From Vulcanimicrobiales bacterium (GTDB lineage Bacteria; Vulcanimicrobiota; Vulcanimicrobiia; Vulcanimicrobiales; Vulcanimicrobiaceae), in assembly GCA_038215615.1 (NCBI GenBank), contig JBBQQR010000021.1, positions 1 to 41,833 on the forward strand: a DNA stretch of 41,833 bases, read 5' to 3'. The notes under the pieces were generated by a model. That model did no database searches. It was not told the DNA's origin and was given only the letters and a program-made list of their open reading frames with translations. Of this stretch, positions 1 to 7,450 are shown piece after piece. Position 1 is the first letter of the stretch. Every line of letters starts with the position of its first letter. The position numbers and the translations under genes were made by a program.

Positions 1-923
1 GAAACGATGGTGGCGTCGTCATACCCGACGAGATCGACCACAACGCAGTCGCCGTCATCGAACGCGCTGACGTGGTGAAAGCAGAAGAACGGTTCGGCAG
101 AGCACGTGACGGGAGCGGCCGCTCCGGCTAGGTCGATCAGATGGATCAGCGTCTCGTCGCCGCCCCAATGAAAATTCTCGATGTATGGTTTGCCGCCCAG
201 GATCATCGCGAGCGGATCGAAGCGGTATGGATACTCGATCAGGATCGCATACTTGCGGCTGGAGCCCATGCTATGAACGTACGACGGTCGTTTGCTGGGA
301 ATGCGCGCGATGACGTTGCGCGAACCGTTTGCATCCAACCGCCACACTGCGTATTCGCTGCGCATGCCCGGCTTGAGCGTGAAGTTCACCCAACTCTCGC
401 CCGTACGAACGGGATGTGCGGTCGTCGGGCCGGTTCCGAGATCGTCGGCGAACTTTAGGGGCTCGAGCGTTTCGAGTGTTTGCGGATCGAAACATCGCGG
501 GAGTCCGATTTCGGTTAAGGCGACACACGCATCCCCGTAGCGGACGACGTTGACGTTCGTGTTGTCGGTAATGTTGCTCGACGTTACGCCCGCCAGCCAC
601 GATCCGAACGAGCGCGCGGCCGGGGTTGCGAAGCTTTGGTATTCGTCGCGTCCCTCGAGGGCAGCTTGGTAGCTTTTGCTGCGAATGAAGCGGCCGGTGT
701 ATTCGAGGCGGCTTTCGCCGAACTCGAACCGCTGCAGAAACGCCATGCCGTCGAACCAGTGCCGGAACTGGATCGGCCCGAAGCCGTAGCGCGCCGGTCC
801 GTTGCGGACGAACGCGCCGCGCAGCCAGTTGGGAAGGTCGCCTTCGACCGCAAGCGCCGCCGGGCCGATATCATTCAGGCTGTCGGAAAAGGTGAACTCG
901 CGCGGCGTCTGAGCGGCGATCAT
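1..923 (-). CDS. Carotenoid oxygenase / RPE65 family dioxygenase, 3'-truncated by the window edge
   Basis: Not in the ORF track because it runs off the edge. Manual translation from ATG 923 (alternative in-frame ATG 1007) gives ...VEGDLPNWLRGAFVRNGP...FRHWFDGMA...TDNTNVNV...TTAHP...SYVHSM...FFCFHHVSAFDDGDCVVVDLVGYDD. These are hallmark family motifs, including three of the four Fe-ligand His. Confidence 0.9.
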   Translation of the reverse strand, partial: MIAAQTPREFTFSDSLNDIGPAALAVEGDLPNWLRGAFVRNGPARYGFGPIQFRHWFDGMAFLQRFEFGESRLEYTGRFIRSKSYQAALEGRDEYQSFATPAARSFGSWLAGVTSSNITDNTNVNVVRYGDACVALTEIGLPRCFDPQTLETLEPLKFADDLGTGPTTAHPVRTGESWVNFTLKPGMRSEYAVWRLDANGSRNVIARIPSKRPSYVHSMGSSRKYAILIEYPYRFDPLAMILGGKPYIENFHWGGDETLIHLIDLAGAAAPVTCSAEPFFCFHHVSAFDDGDCVVVDLVGYDDATIV

Positions 924-1031
924 CGTCGGGTTCGGCTTCGGCGGCAGACTGAAAACTACTAGCCGGAGGGCGCGAAGGCCCGCTCTGGTAGGCCGAGAAC
1001 GGGTCATGCCTCAGGTCAATAAGGAGCTGTT

Positions 1032-1673
1032 ATGAGGCTTTCGGTTCACCGCATTGGAGCGGCCGCAATTTCAACGCTCGCGCTTTTTGCGCTGAGCTTC
1101 GTAAGCGCCCCGGCGGCGTCGGGCGGCGCGCTCGATTCATTTGCCAAAGCGTGGTCGGCGCTGCATGGATACACCGCGACGATCCAGCTGTACGAAGTCA
1201 AAGGCGGCAGTAACGAACACGCCGTCTTTGCTTATAGCTACACCAAACCGGCGACGGTGACGATGCACGTCAATCAAGGACCCAATTCCGGGGCAACGGT
1301 CAAGTGGACGGGCGGCTCGACCGTCTACGCTTCAAAAAGCGGCGCGTTCGGAATTACGATGGGCAAGAACGTGAGCTTGACCGATCCGCTCGTCAGCTCG
1401 CTGCGCGGTTACTCGGTCTCCGACTTGAGTTTCGCCGGCATACTTGCCCACGCGCAACAGACGGGAGGCACCCTCTCCAGCGGCACGACGAAGTTAGATG
1501 GCGCGATGGTGACGGCGGTCACGCTCAACGTAGCCAATCCGGCGCAAAACAACGGCATGACGCGCGAGGTGCTCTACCTCTCGCAGAACACGCAGTTGCC
1601 CCTGCGCATTGACGGCTTTGCGGGGAATCAGCTCGTGCGGATGTACAGGTTCGCGGTTACGAAGAGCTGGTGA
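1032..1673 (+). CDS. Secreted protein, probable LolA-like / DUF1571-like fold
   Basis: AAGGAG SD at 1021-1026; signal peptide; YTAT...YTKP...GPNSGA and C-terminal LYLSQNTQLPLRID pattern typical of LolA-superfamily proteins. Confidence 0.55.
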   Translation: MRLSVHRIGAAAISTLALFALSFVSAPAASGGALDSFAKAWSALHGYTATIQLYEVKGGSNEHAVFAYSYTKPATVTMHVNQGPNSGATVKWTGGSTVYASKSGAFGITMGKNVSLTDPLVSSLRGYSVSDLSFAGILAHAQQTGGTLSSGTTKLDGAMVTAVTLNVANPAQNNGMTREVLYLSQNTQLPLRIDGFAGNQLVRMYRFAVTKSW

Positions 1674-1676
1674 TCG

Positions 1677-1946
1677 TTAGCGGCGCAGGCCGAGGTCGCT
1701 GATCAGTTTGCGGTAGCGGTCCAAGTCTTTGTTCTGAAGGTAATTGAGCAAGCGGCGGCGCTGCCCGATCTGCAGGTAAAGTCCGCGGCGGCTGTGGTGG
1801 TCTTTCTTGTGATCCTTTAGGTGCTCGTTCAGCTTGTTGATCGAGGCTGTGAGGATCGCGATTTGGACGTCGGCTGAGCCGGTGTCGCCCTGGGAACGGC
1901 CAAACTTGACCGCCAGCTCGGATTTCTGATCTTTGATGATTGGCAC
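1677..1946 (-). CDS. rpsO: 30S ribosomal protein S15
   Basis: 89 aa with [13 protein letters not shown] and [11 protein letters not shown]...[18 protein letters not shown] before the GTG start. Confidence 0.98.
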   Translation of the reverse strand: MPIIKDQKSELAVKFGRSQGDTGSADVQIAILTASINKLNEHLKDHKKDHHSRRGLYLQIGQRRRLLNYLQNKDLDRYRKLISDLGLRR

Positions 1947-2016
1947 GAAGAGAACTCCTCGTTCAAGGAAAGGCTCGCTTCAGTGCAGGCCGTGGGTCCG
2001 CCTGAGCGACCGGGGA

Positions 2017-2025
2017 ATCATACCA
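2017..2025 (-). promoter_or_regulatory. Extended -10 promoter (TG-G-TATGAT) for rpsO
   Basis: Minus strand reads TGGTATGAT about 70 nt upstream of the rpsO start, matching TGnTATAAT. Confidence 0.6.
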
Positions 2026-2085
2026 CCGCTGCGCCCGGGGGCGCAACCCGGGTTTGGGCGGGGCGGCGTCTAAAGCGCCGCTCCT

Positions 2086-2850
2086 ATGGAACTTGCAGCG
2101 AAGACCTTCCTTATAACAGGCGGAGCGTCCGGGCTGGGCGCGGCCTGCGTGCGCGAATTCACCGGCGCGGGCGCCAACGTCGTGATCTGCGACGTCAACG
2201 AGCACGGGGCCGAAGTCGCCAAAGAAGCAGGCGCTCACGCGCGCTTTCATCGCACCGACGTCACCGCCGAAAAAGATGTGCGCGCGGCGGTCGATCTCGC
2301 GGTCAAGGAATTCGGCGCGCTGCACGGGGCGATCAACTGCGCGGGCATCGCGACGGCAGAACGCGTTGTCGGCCGCGATGGGCCGCAGCCGCTCGAGCAC
2401 TTTACGAAGGTCGTAACGATCAACCTGATCGGCACGTTCAACGTCATTCGTATCGCGGCCGCGGAGATGATCAAACGCGAAATCGCACCAGGGGAAGATC
2501 GCGGCGTCTTCATTTGCACCGCCTCGGTTGCGGCGTTCGATGGCCAGATCGGACAGGCGGCGTATTCGGCTTCGAAAGGCGGCGTCGCCGGGATGACGCT
2601 GCCGATCGCGCGCGAGTTCGCGCAGCACCAAATTCGCGTGATGAGCATCGCGCCCGGTATTTTCGATACACCGATGCTGGCCGGGCTGCCGGAAGCTGCG
2701 CGCGAGTCGCTCGGAAAGCAGACGCCGTTTCCGCCGCGATTAGGGAGCCCGGGTGAGTACGCGCGATTGGCGCGTCACATCGTCGAGAATCAATACCTCA
2801 ACGGCGAGGTGATTCGTCTCGACGGCGCCATAAGGCTAGCGCCGAAATAG
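2086..2850 (+). CDS. SDR, type II 3-hydroxyacyl-CoA dehydrogenase (HSD17B10-like)
   Basis: [43 protein letters not shown] and [13 protein letters not shown] are characteristic of this subfamily. Confidence 0.9.
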   Translation: MELAAKTFLITGGASGLGAACVREFTGAGANVVICDVNEHGAEVAKEAGAHARFHRTDVTAEKDVRAAVDLAVKEFGALHGAINCAGIATAERVVGRDGPQPLEHFTKVVTINLIGTFNVIRIAAAEMIKREIAPGEDRGVFICTASVAAFDGQIGQAAYSASKGGVAGMTLPIAREFAQHQIRVMSIAPGIFDTPMLAGLPEAARESLGKQTPFPPRLGSPGEYARLARHIVENQYLNGEVIRLDGAIRLAPK

Positions 2851-2867
2851 GAATACGCCGCTCGCGC

Positions 2868-3248
2868 CTAAGTAGGTCTCACCGGCGTCGGTTTACCGTC
2901 ACGGTCGATCGCGACCATCACGAATTTTCCGACGGTCGAAAGAACGCGTTCGCCGCTTTCCGCGAGGATACGCCAAAGTTCCACTTCCACGGTAATCGAC
3001 GTGCGCCCGATCGCAACGACGCTCGCGACGGTTTCGACCAGATTGCCTTGCCGGATCGGTTCTTTGAAATCGATGCGGTCGATCGACGCGGTCACGACGG
3101 GTTTGTGCGCCGCGCGCATCGCGGCGATTGAAGCAACGACGTCCATCATCGCGACGGCCTTTCCGCCGAAGAGCGTGCCGTAGTGGTTGACGTCGGTGGG
3201 AAACACGATTTCGGTGCGTTTTTCGACGATCGGTTCGAAGTCTGCCAT
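2868..3248 (-). CDS. Acyl-CoA thioesterase (hotdog fold, YciA-like)
   Basis: VFPTDVNHYGTLFGG...MD, VVTASIDRIDFKEPI, GRTSI, FVMVAID. Confidence 0.92.
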   Translation of the reverse strand: MADFEPIVEKRTEIVFPTDVNHYGTLFGGKAVAMMDVVASIAAMRAAHKPVVTASIDRIDFKEPIRQGNLVETVASVVAIGRTSITVEVELWRILAESGERVLSTVGKFVMVAIDRDGKPTPVRPT

Positions 3249-3305
3249 CGTGCGCCAGGTTCCAGCTAAAAGCGACGGAGCCTCGCGGGGCGAACCCGGC
3301 GGGAG

Positions 3306-4073
3306 ATGGATCTAGGACTGCGCGGACGCGTCGCGCTCGTAATGGGCGCCAGTTCGGGACTAGGGCGAGCTTGTGCGATGGCATTGGCCCGGGAAGGGGC
3401 GCGTGTTGCTTTGGCCGCGCGTCGCGAAGGCGAGCTCGAAGCAGCTGCGGCGGAGGCTCGGGCGCAAGGATCGCCCGATGCCCGGGCTTACCGGGTCGAT
3501 CTTTCCGATGATGCCTCGGTTGCGAATCTGCTCGAACGCGTGAACGCGGATTTCGGATCGATCGACGTCCTGATCGCAAACGGCGGCGGGCCCAAAGCGG
3601 GCGCGTTTACGCAACTCGCCGCAGCCGACTGGGACGCGGCATACAAAAATACGCTGCGCAGCATGCTTCAACTCGTGCACGGCGTCTTGCCTGGAATGCG
3701 CGAACGGCGTTGGGGGCGGATCGTTGCGCTCACGTCGAGTTCGGTGAAACAGCCGATACCGTCGCTCGCTCTTTCCAATATTTTTCGGACGGCGCTCATT
3801 TCGGCGTTGAAAACGGCGTCGACCGAAGTCGCGCGCGACGGCGTCACCATCAATGCGATCGCAACGGGACGCGTGCGCACCGCGCGTTTGCGCGAGCTGT
3901 ACAAAGACGATGCCGCGATGGAGCGCGCGGGCCACGATGTACCGATTGGACGCATTTCGAACCCCGATGAATTTGCGCCGCTGGTCGTGTTCTTGTGCGG
4001 CGAACCTGCGAGCTACATCACAGGCCAAACCATTGCGATCGATGGCGGTCTGATCGGCGGACTCTTCGGATGA
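3306..4073 (+). CDS. SDR family oxidoreductase (atypical catalytic motif)
   Basis: MDLGLRGRVALVMGASSGLG, NGGGP, SYITGQTIAIDGG; YxxxK is replaced by SNIFR. Confidence 0.9.
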   Translation: MDLGLRGRVALVMGASSGLGRACAMALAREGARVALAARREGELEAAAAEARAQGSPDARAYRVDLSDDASVANLLERVNADFGSIDVLIANGGGPKAGAFTQLAAADWDAAYKNTLRSMLQLVHGVLPGMRERRWGRIVALTSSSVKQPIPSLALSNIFRTALISALKTASTEVARDGVTINAIATGRVRTARLRELYKDDAAMERAGHDVPIGRISNPDEFAPLVVFLCGEPASYITGQTIAIDGGLIGGLFG

Positions 4074-4561
4074 ACTGGGATTCCGTCTCCGGCACCGCCG
4101 GCGGTTCCGAATTCGGAGCCGGCTTAAAAACCTACGCAGCCGAGCGCGAGCTCTCTGACCAGAAGCTGGCCGAGGCTTGCGGCCTTTCCGTTGCGGAGTT
4201 GCAAGAAGTCTACGCGGGTACGCGGCGCCTCGCGCCTTCCGCGATGACGCGCGCGATAATCGCGCTGCGAACCAAACCGATCGAGTTCATGCAGCATACG
4301 CATTTGCTCTCGCTCGAGCTTTACGCGTTCGGATTGGATCCGCTCTATTTTCTTCCCGAAGGCCAAGTGCGGTACGACGCGCGCATCTACATGCGCGAGA
4401 TCAACCCGCGCCACCGCGTTCCTGAAGGCGACATGACCAAGCGTAACCCGACGCTGAAAGCGCTCGGCGAGGACCCCATTTTAGACGCTGCGGGCAAAGT
4501 CGAGCTGGAACTGGCCTACTTGCTTCGCGCGGCCGCGCAGCAGGTCGAACCTGCTTCGTAG
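4070..4561 (+). CDS. XRE-like helix-turn-helix protein with unknown C-terminal domain
   Basis: ATG 4070 overlaps the SDR stop (ATGA). FGAGLKTYAAERELSDQKLAEACGLSVAELQEVYAGTRR resembles a Cro/XRE HTH. Confidence 0.6.
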   Translation: MNWDSVSGTAGGSEFGAGLKTYAAERELSDQKLAEACGLSVAELQEVYAGTRRLAPSAMTRAIIALRTKPIEFMQHTHLLSLELYAFGLDPLYFLPEGQVRYDARIYMREINPRHRVPEGDMTKRNPTLKALGEDPILDAAGKVELELAYLLRAAAQQVEPAS

Positions 4562-4594
4562 GCGCGAGTCGCCTCGCCAGAGAACCGAACGCGG

Positions 4595-5158
4595 ATGCAA
4601 TCAGTAGAGGGAAAACGTATCGCCGCGCTCGTGGGCGACGGCTTCGAGGAATCTGAACTCACCGAACCCCGCCGCGCCTTGGAAGAGGCCGGCGCGATCG
4701 TGACCATTGTCGGCATCGACGAGAAGTCGCGGCAGAAGATCCGCGGCAAGCGCGGACTTGACGAGGGCCAAACTGCCAAGGCCGAAGAGCTCGTGGCCGA
4801 CGTCACCGCCGAAGACTTCGACGCCCTGCTCATTCCGGGTGGGACCTCGCCGGATCACATCCGGACGAATAAAGACGTGCAGCGCCTTGTGCGCGAGTTC
4901 GATGCGGTAAAAAAACCGATGTTCGTGATCTGCCACGGTCCTCAGGTGTTGATCTCCGCGCAAATCGTTCGCGGGCGCCAGCTGACGGGCGTGGCCGCGA
5001 TCGCCGACGACATCCGCAATGCCGGGGGCTTGTATCGCGATCAGCCGGTCGTGCAAGATGGCAACTGGGTTACGTCGCGTACTCCCGACGATCTTCCGCA
5101 ATTCAACCGCGCGATCGTCGAGAAACTGGCAATGGCGATTCCGACGCCGGTCGTTTAA
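4595..5158 (+). CDS. PfpI/DJ-1 family protein (protease/glyoxalase/deglycase)
   Basis: GFEESEL, FDALLIPGG, nucleophile elbow ICHGP, VTSRTPDDLPQF. Confidence 0.92.
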   Translation: MQSVEGKRIAALVGDGFEESELTEPRRALEEAGAIVTIVGIDEKSRQKIRGKRGLDEGQTAKAEELVADVTAEDFDALLIPGGTSPDHIRTNKDVQRLVREFDAVKKPMFVICHGPQVLISAQIVRGRQLTGVAAIADDIRNAGGLYRDQPVVQDGNWVTSRTPDDLPQFNRAIVEKLAMAIPTPVV

Positions 5159-5159
5159 G

Positions 5160-5756
5160 CTAGGCGGCCGGATCCCAGCGCGCCAGTGCTTCGCCGTATT
5201 GACGTAAGCCGATAAAGCCGGCAATTCCGCAGAAAAGAAATGCGGCCGGCAACTGCGGATATTCCAACATCACGATAATCGCGGCAACAATGGCCGCGAG
5301 GAGTATGTAAACCGCTTGCCATAGGCCTGTGCGCACGGTTGCGCACAGCGCTACAATTGAAACCGCACACGCGCATGCCATCGAGAGAAAAACCGGCGCG
5401 GCGGCCACATCTCGCGGTCCCGAAGCTATGCCGGTGACGATCCAGTATGCAGCCAGCGCAATCACAACGCCGATACTGGGAACCAATGCAATAGCGCGTG
5501 CAACTCCGCGAGCATAGAGCGGAGCAGATTGTTCACAGAGTTCCAATTCGCGCATTCGGCCGCCGCGCTGTGCCATCGCAAGATAGATTCCGGCGAGCGA
5601 CCCGAACAGTGCCGCCCCTAGAGCGTGCGCGGCCAGGTCTGAATGCATTTGCAGCGCCGCAAACAGCGCCGCGGCGGCCGCCACGTAGAGTACCTGGCCG
5701 CCGAGCCTGTGCACCCGCGTGAACGCAATGGCCGAGGTGATCGATCGAAAGATCAT
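5160..5756 (-). CDS. Membrane protein (about 6 TM), ABC-2 permease-like
   Basis: ATG 5756 overlaps the upstream stop (ATGA). Hydrophobic helices flank a polar RELELCEQSAPLYARGVARA segment resembling the ABC-2 coupling helix. Confidence 0.55.
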   Translation of the reverse strand: MIFRSITSAIAFTRVHRLGGQVLYVAAAAALFAALQMHSDLAAHALGAALFGSLAGIYLAMAQRGGRMRELELCEQSAPLYARGVARAIALVPSIGVVIALAAYWIVTGIASGPRDVAAAPVFLSMACACAVSIVALCATVRTGLWQAVYILLAAIVAAIIVMLEYPQLPAAFLFCGIAGFIGLRQYGEALARWDPAA

Positions 5757-6322
5757 ACGGGCGCCGCGCACGCGTTGGCAAAACGTGCGGCTTCGTTTTC
5801 CGAACCGTGCGTGGAAAATATTGCGCTCGATTTTGTGACATCGACAATCTGCGGACCGTAAACGGCCTGCGGCCGATCCAGTACGAGCAAACGCGGCTGC
5901 GCGATAAGCGCGCCCGCTAACGGATATGCGAAAGATTCATGGATGCCCTCGAGCCCCGCGAGAATGTGCCGGGCACGGACGACGCTTTCGGCTTGGGGCA
6001 GCCCCCAGAGCGCCGCGCGGTATTCGATGTACTGCTCGAAGCTCGGGAATTCATGCGGCAGCGCGTCGTGCGGAACGTACCCTGCGAGCCGCTTCACGTG
6101 TACAGGCTGGATTCGTGGGTCGAATGCGCCGACGTAGACTGCGCCACCCGATGCTCGAACTAATCCCGCCGCCATCATTGCGACGATCGCCGCCGTTCGA
6201 TTGTTTGCGCACGCGTGCGCGAGCCGATTGCCTTCTTCGAGCTCGACGTTTTGCGCGCGTACGAGTACTTCGCCGCCGCGCCGGAAGGTCGCGTCGCGCA
6301 TTTCCAGCAGCACGTTACTCAA
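5753..6322 (-). CDS. Degenerate ABC-ATPase-like protein
   Basis: Likely start is TTG 6322 (overlapping the NAPRTase end) or ATG 6301. ABC scaffold is recognisable (LLEMRDATF, AGLVRASGGAVYV, KRLAGYVP, LIAQPRLLVLDRP, IFSTH), but Walker A, the signature motif and the catalytic Glu are lost. Confidence 0.7.
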   Translation of the reverse strand: MSNVLLEMRDATFRRGGEVLVRAQNVELEEGNRLAHACANNRTAAIVAMMAAGLVRASGGAVYVGAFDPRIQPVHVKRLAGYVPHDALPHEFPSFEQYIEYRAALWGLPQAESVVRARHILAGLEGIHESFAYPLAGALIAQPRLLVLDRPQAVYGPQIVDVTKSSAIFSTHGSENEAARFANACAAPV

Positions 6323-7421
6323 CCGGTTGGAGGCGCGGGTTCGGCCGTTCGGGACGGCCGACTTTGTGGCACTCCCGCCACTGACCGCCGGTTTCGAGCG
6401 CGACGACGTCGGCAGTGTATTCGGTCCGCCCGCTGCCGGCGCCCAAGAAGAACGCGCCGCCAACTGCGTATGCGTCGACCGGGACCTTGTCGTGTTCGAA
6501 TTCGCGAATACGCTGTGCGGTGAAGCCGCCGCTGGCGACAATGCGCACGTGTTTGAAGCCTTCGGCGTCGAGCGCGTGGCGCACGTTCAAAACGAGTTGT
6601 GGAATCACGCCGGTGGGCTTAAACGTGCCCATCATATTCCAGATCGACCTGTCAACAAGTGTTTGCGACGTGTCCAAGCGCACGCCCCACAAGCGGTCAC
6701 CGAGCGCGCGCGCGACCGCCAAACTCGTTCCTACGCAATCGTTGTCGAAATCTACAAGCGATATGACATTGACGTCCCGATCGATGTACTCGGCGAATTT
6801 TTGCGTCGCAAGCACGGTATCGCCGCCATACGCCGCGATCAGCGCATGCGGAACCGTGCCCATTCCGGCGGCGCCCCACCATTCGGCATTGGCGTCCGTC
6901 GAAACGCCCAGCGCCCCGGAAATGTATGCGGCATAACCGTCGCCAGTTTGCACCAAGTGGTGATCGAAGCGTGCGGGAAAAAACAAAACCTGTTTGCCGT
7001 TGGCAGCGGCGACAATCTCGCGCGCGTTGGTCGCGATGCGCGTCCGGCGCGATAGTACGCCCAAATAGCACGTTTCCAGGTGCGCGAAGAGCTCGTAATC
7101 GCCCTCGATCGTCAGTGCAGTCTCGTATGGCGCAAGGTGGTCGCCGTCGTAGAGCGCCTGCACGCGCAGTTTTTTCCAGCCGTCCTCCCACTCGCCTGAG
7201 GGAAGGCGCTTCCCCGAGCATAGCCGCAGAATAGCGATGGCTTCATCGATGCCGCACAGCACCGCGTCGCCACGCTGAAAAACTTGCATGCGGACCGTGG
7301 GACGGTAGTTGTCGCGGTCCAGAATCTGCCGGGCGCGGTTGAAGTACGTGTCGGAGTAATAGCCGTCACGCATCTTCTCGACGGGCAAATTAAAAATTTC
7401 CGGCGGCAGCCTGGTAGGCAC
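6315..7421 (-). CDS. Nicotinate phosphoribosyltransferase (NAPRTase/QPRTase type II PRTase family)
   Basis: YYSDTYF, MGTVPHALIAAYG, LVDFDND, GVRLDTS, IVASGGF, ADVV...KVGR. Confidence 0.85.
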   Translation of the reverse strand: MPTRLPPEIFNLPVEKMRDGYYSDTYFNRARQILDRDNYRPTVRMQVFQRGDAVLCGIDEAIAILRLCSGKRLPSGEWEDGWKKLRVQALYDGDHLAPYETALTIEGDYELFAHLETCYLGVLSRRTRIATNAREIVAAANGKQVLFFPARFDHHLVQTGDGYAAYISGALGVSTDANAEWWGAAGMGTVPHALIAAYGGDTVLATQKFAEYIDRDVNVISLVDFDNDCVGTSLAVARALGDRLWGVRLDTSQTLVDRSIWNMMGTFKPTGVIPQLVLNVRHALDAEGFKHVRIVASGGFTAQRIREFEHDKVPVDAYAVGGAFFLGAGSGRTEYTADVVALETGGQWRECHKVGRPERPNPRLQPVE

Positions 7422-7432
7422 GTTAGTGCCTA
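7415..7432. promoter_or_regulatory. Perfect inverted repeat TAGGCAC-GTTA-GTGCCTA over the NAPRTase start codon
   Basis: Read directly from the sequence. It spans the NAPRTase GTG and part of the 29-nt gap to the divergent polX. Function is inferred. Confidence 0.5.
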
Positions 7433-7450
7433 TACGTTGAAAATCGCAAA

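Noticed and set aside
3306..4073. Loss of YxxxK in the second SDR as a novelty
   Set aside because: The SNxxR variant is a common atypical SDR subgroup.
5833..5847. TTGTGACATCGACAA, a superficial Rex-box-like sequence
   Set aside because: Wrong spacing, poor right arm, and inside a coding region.
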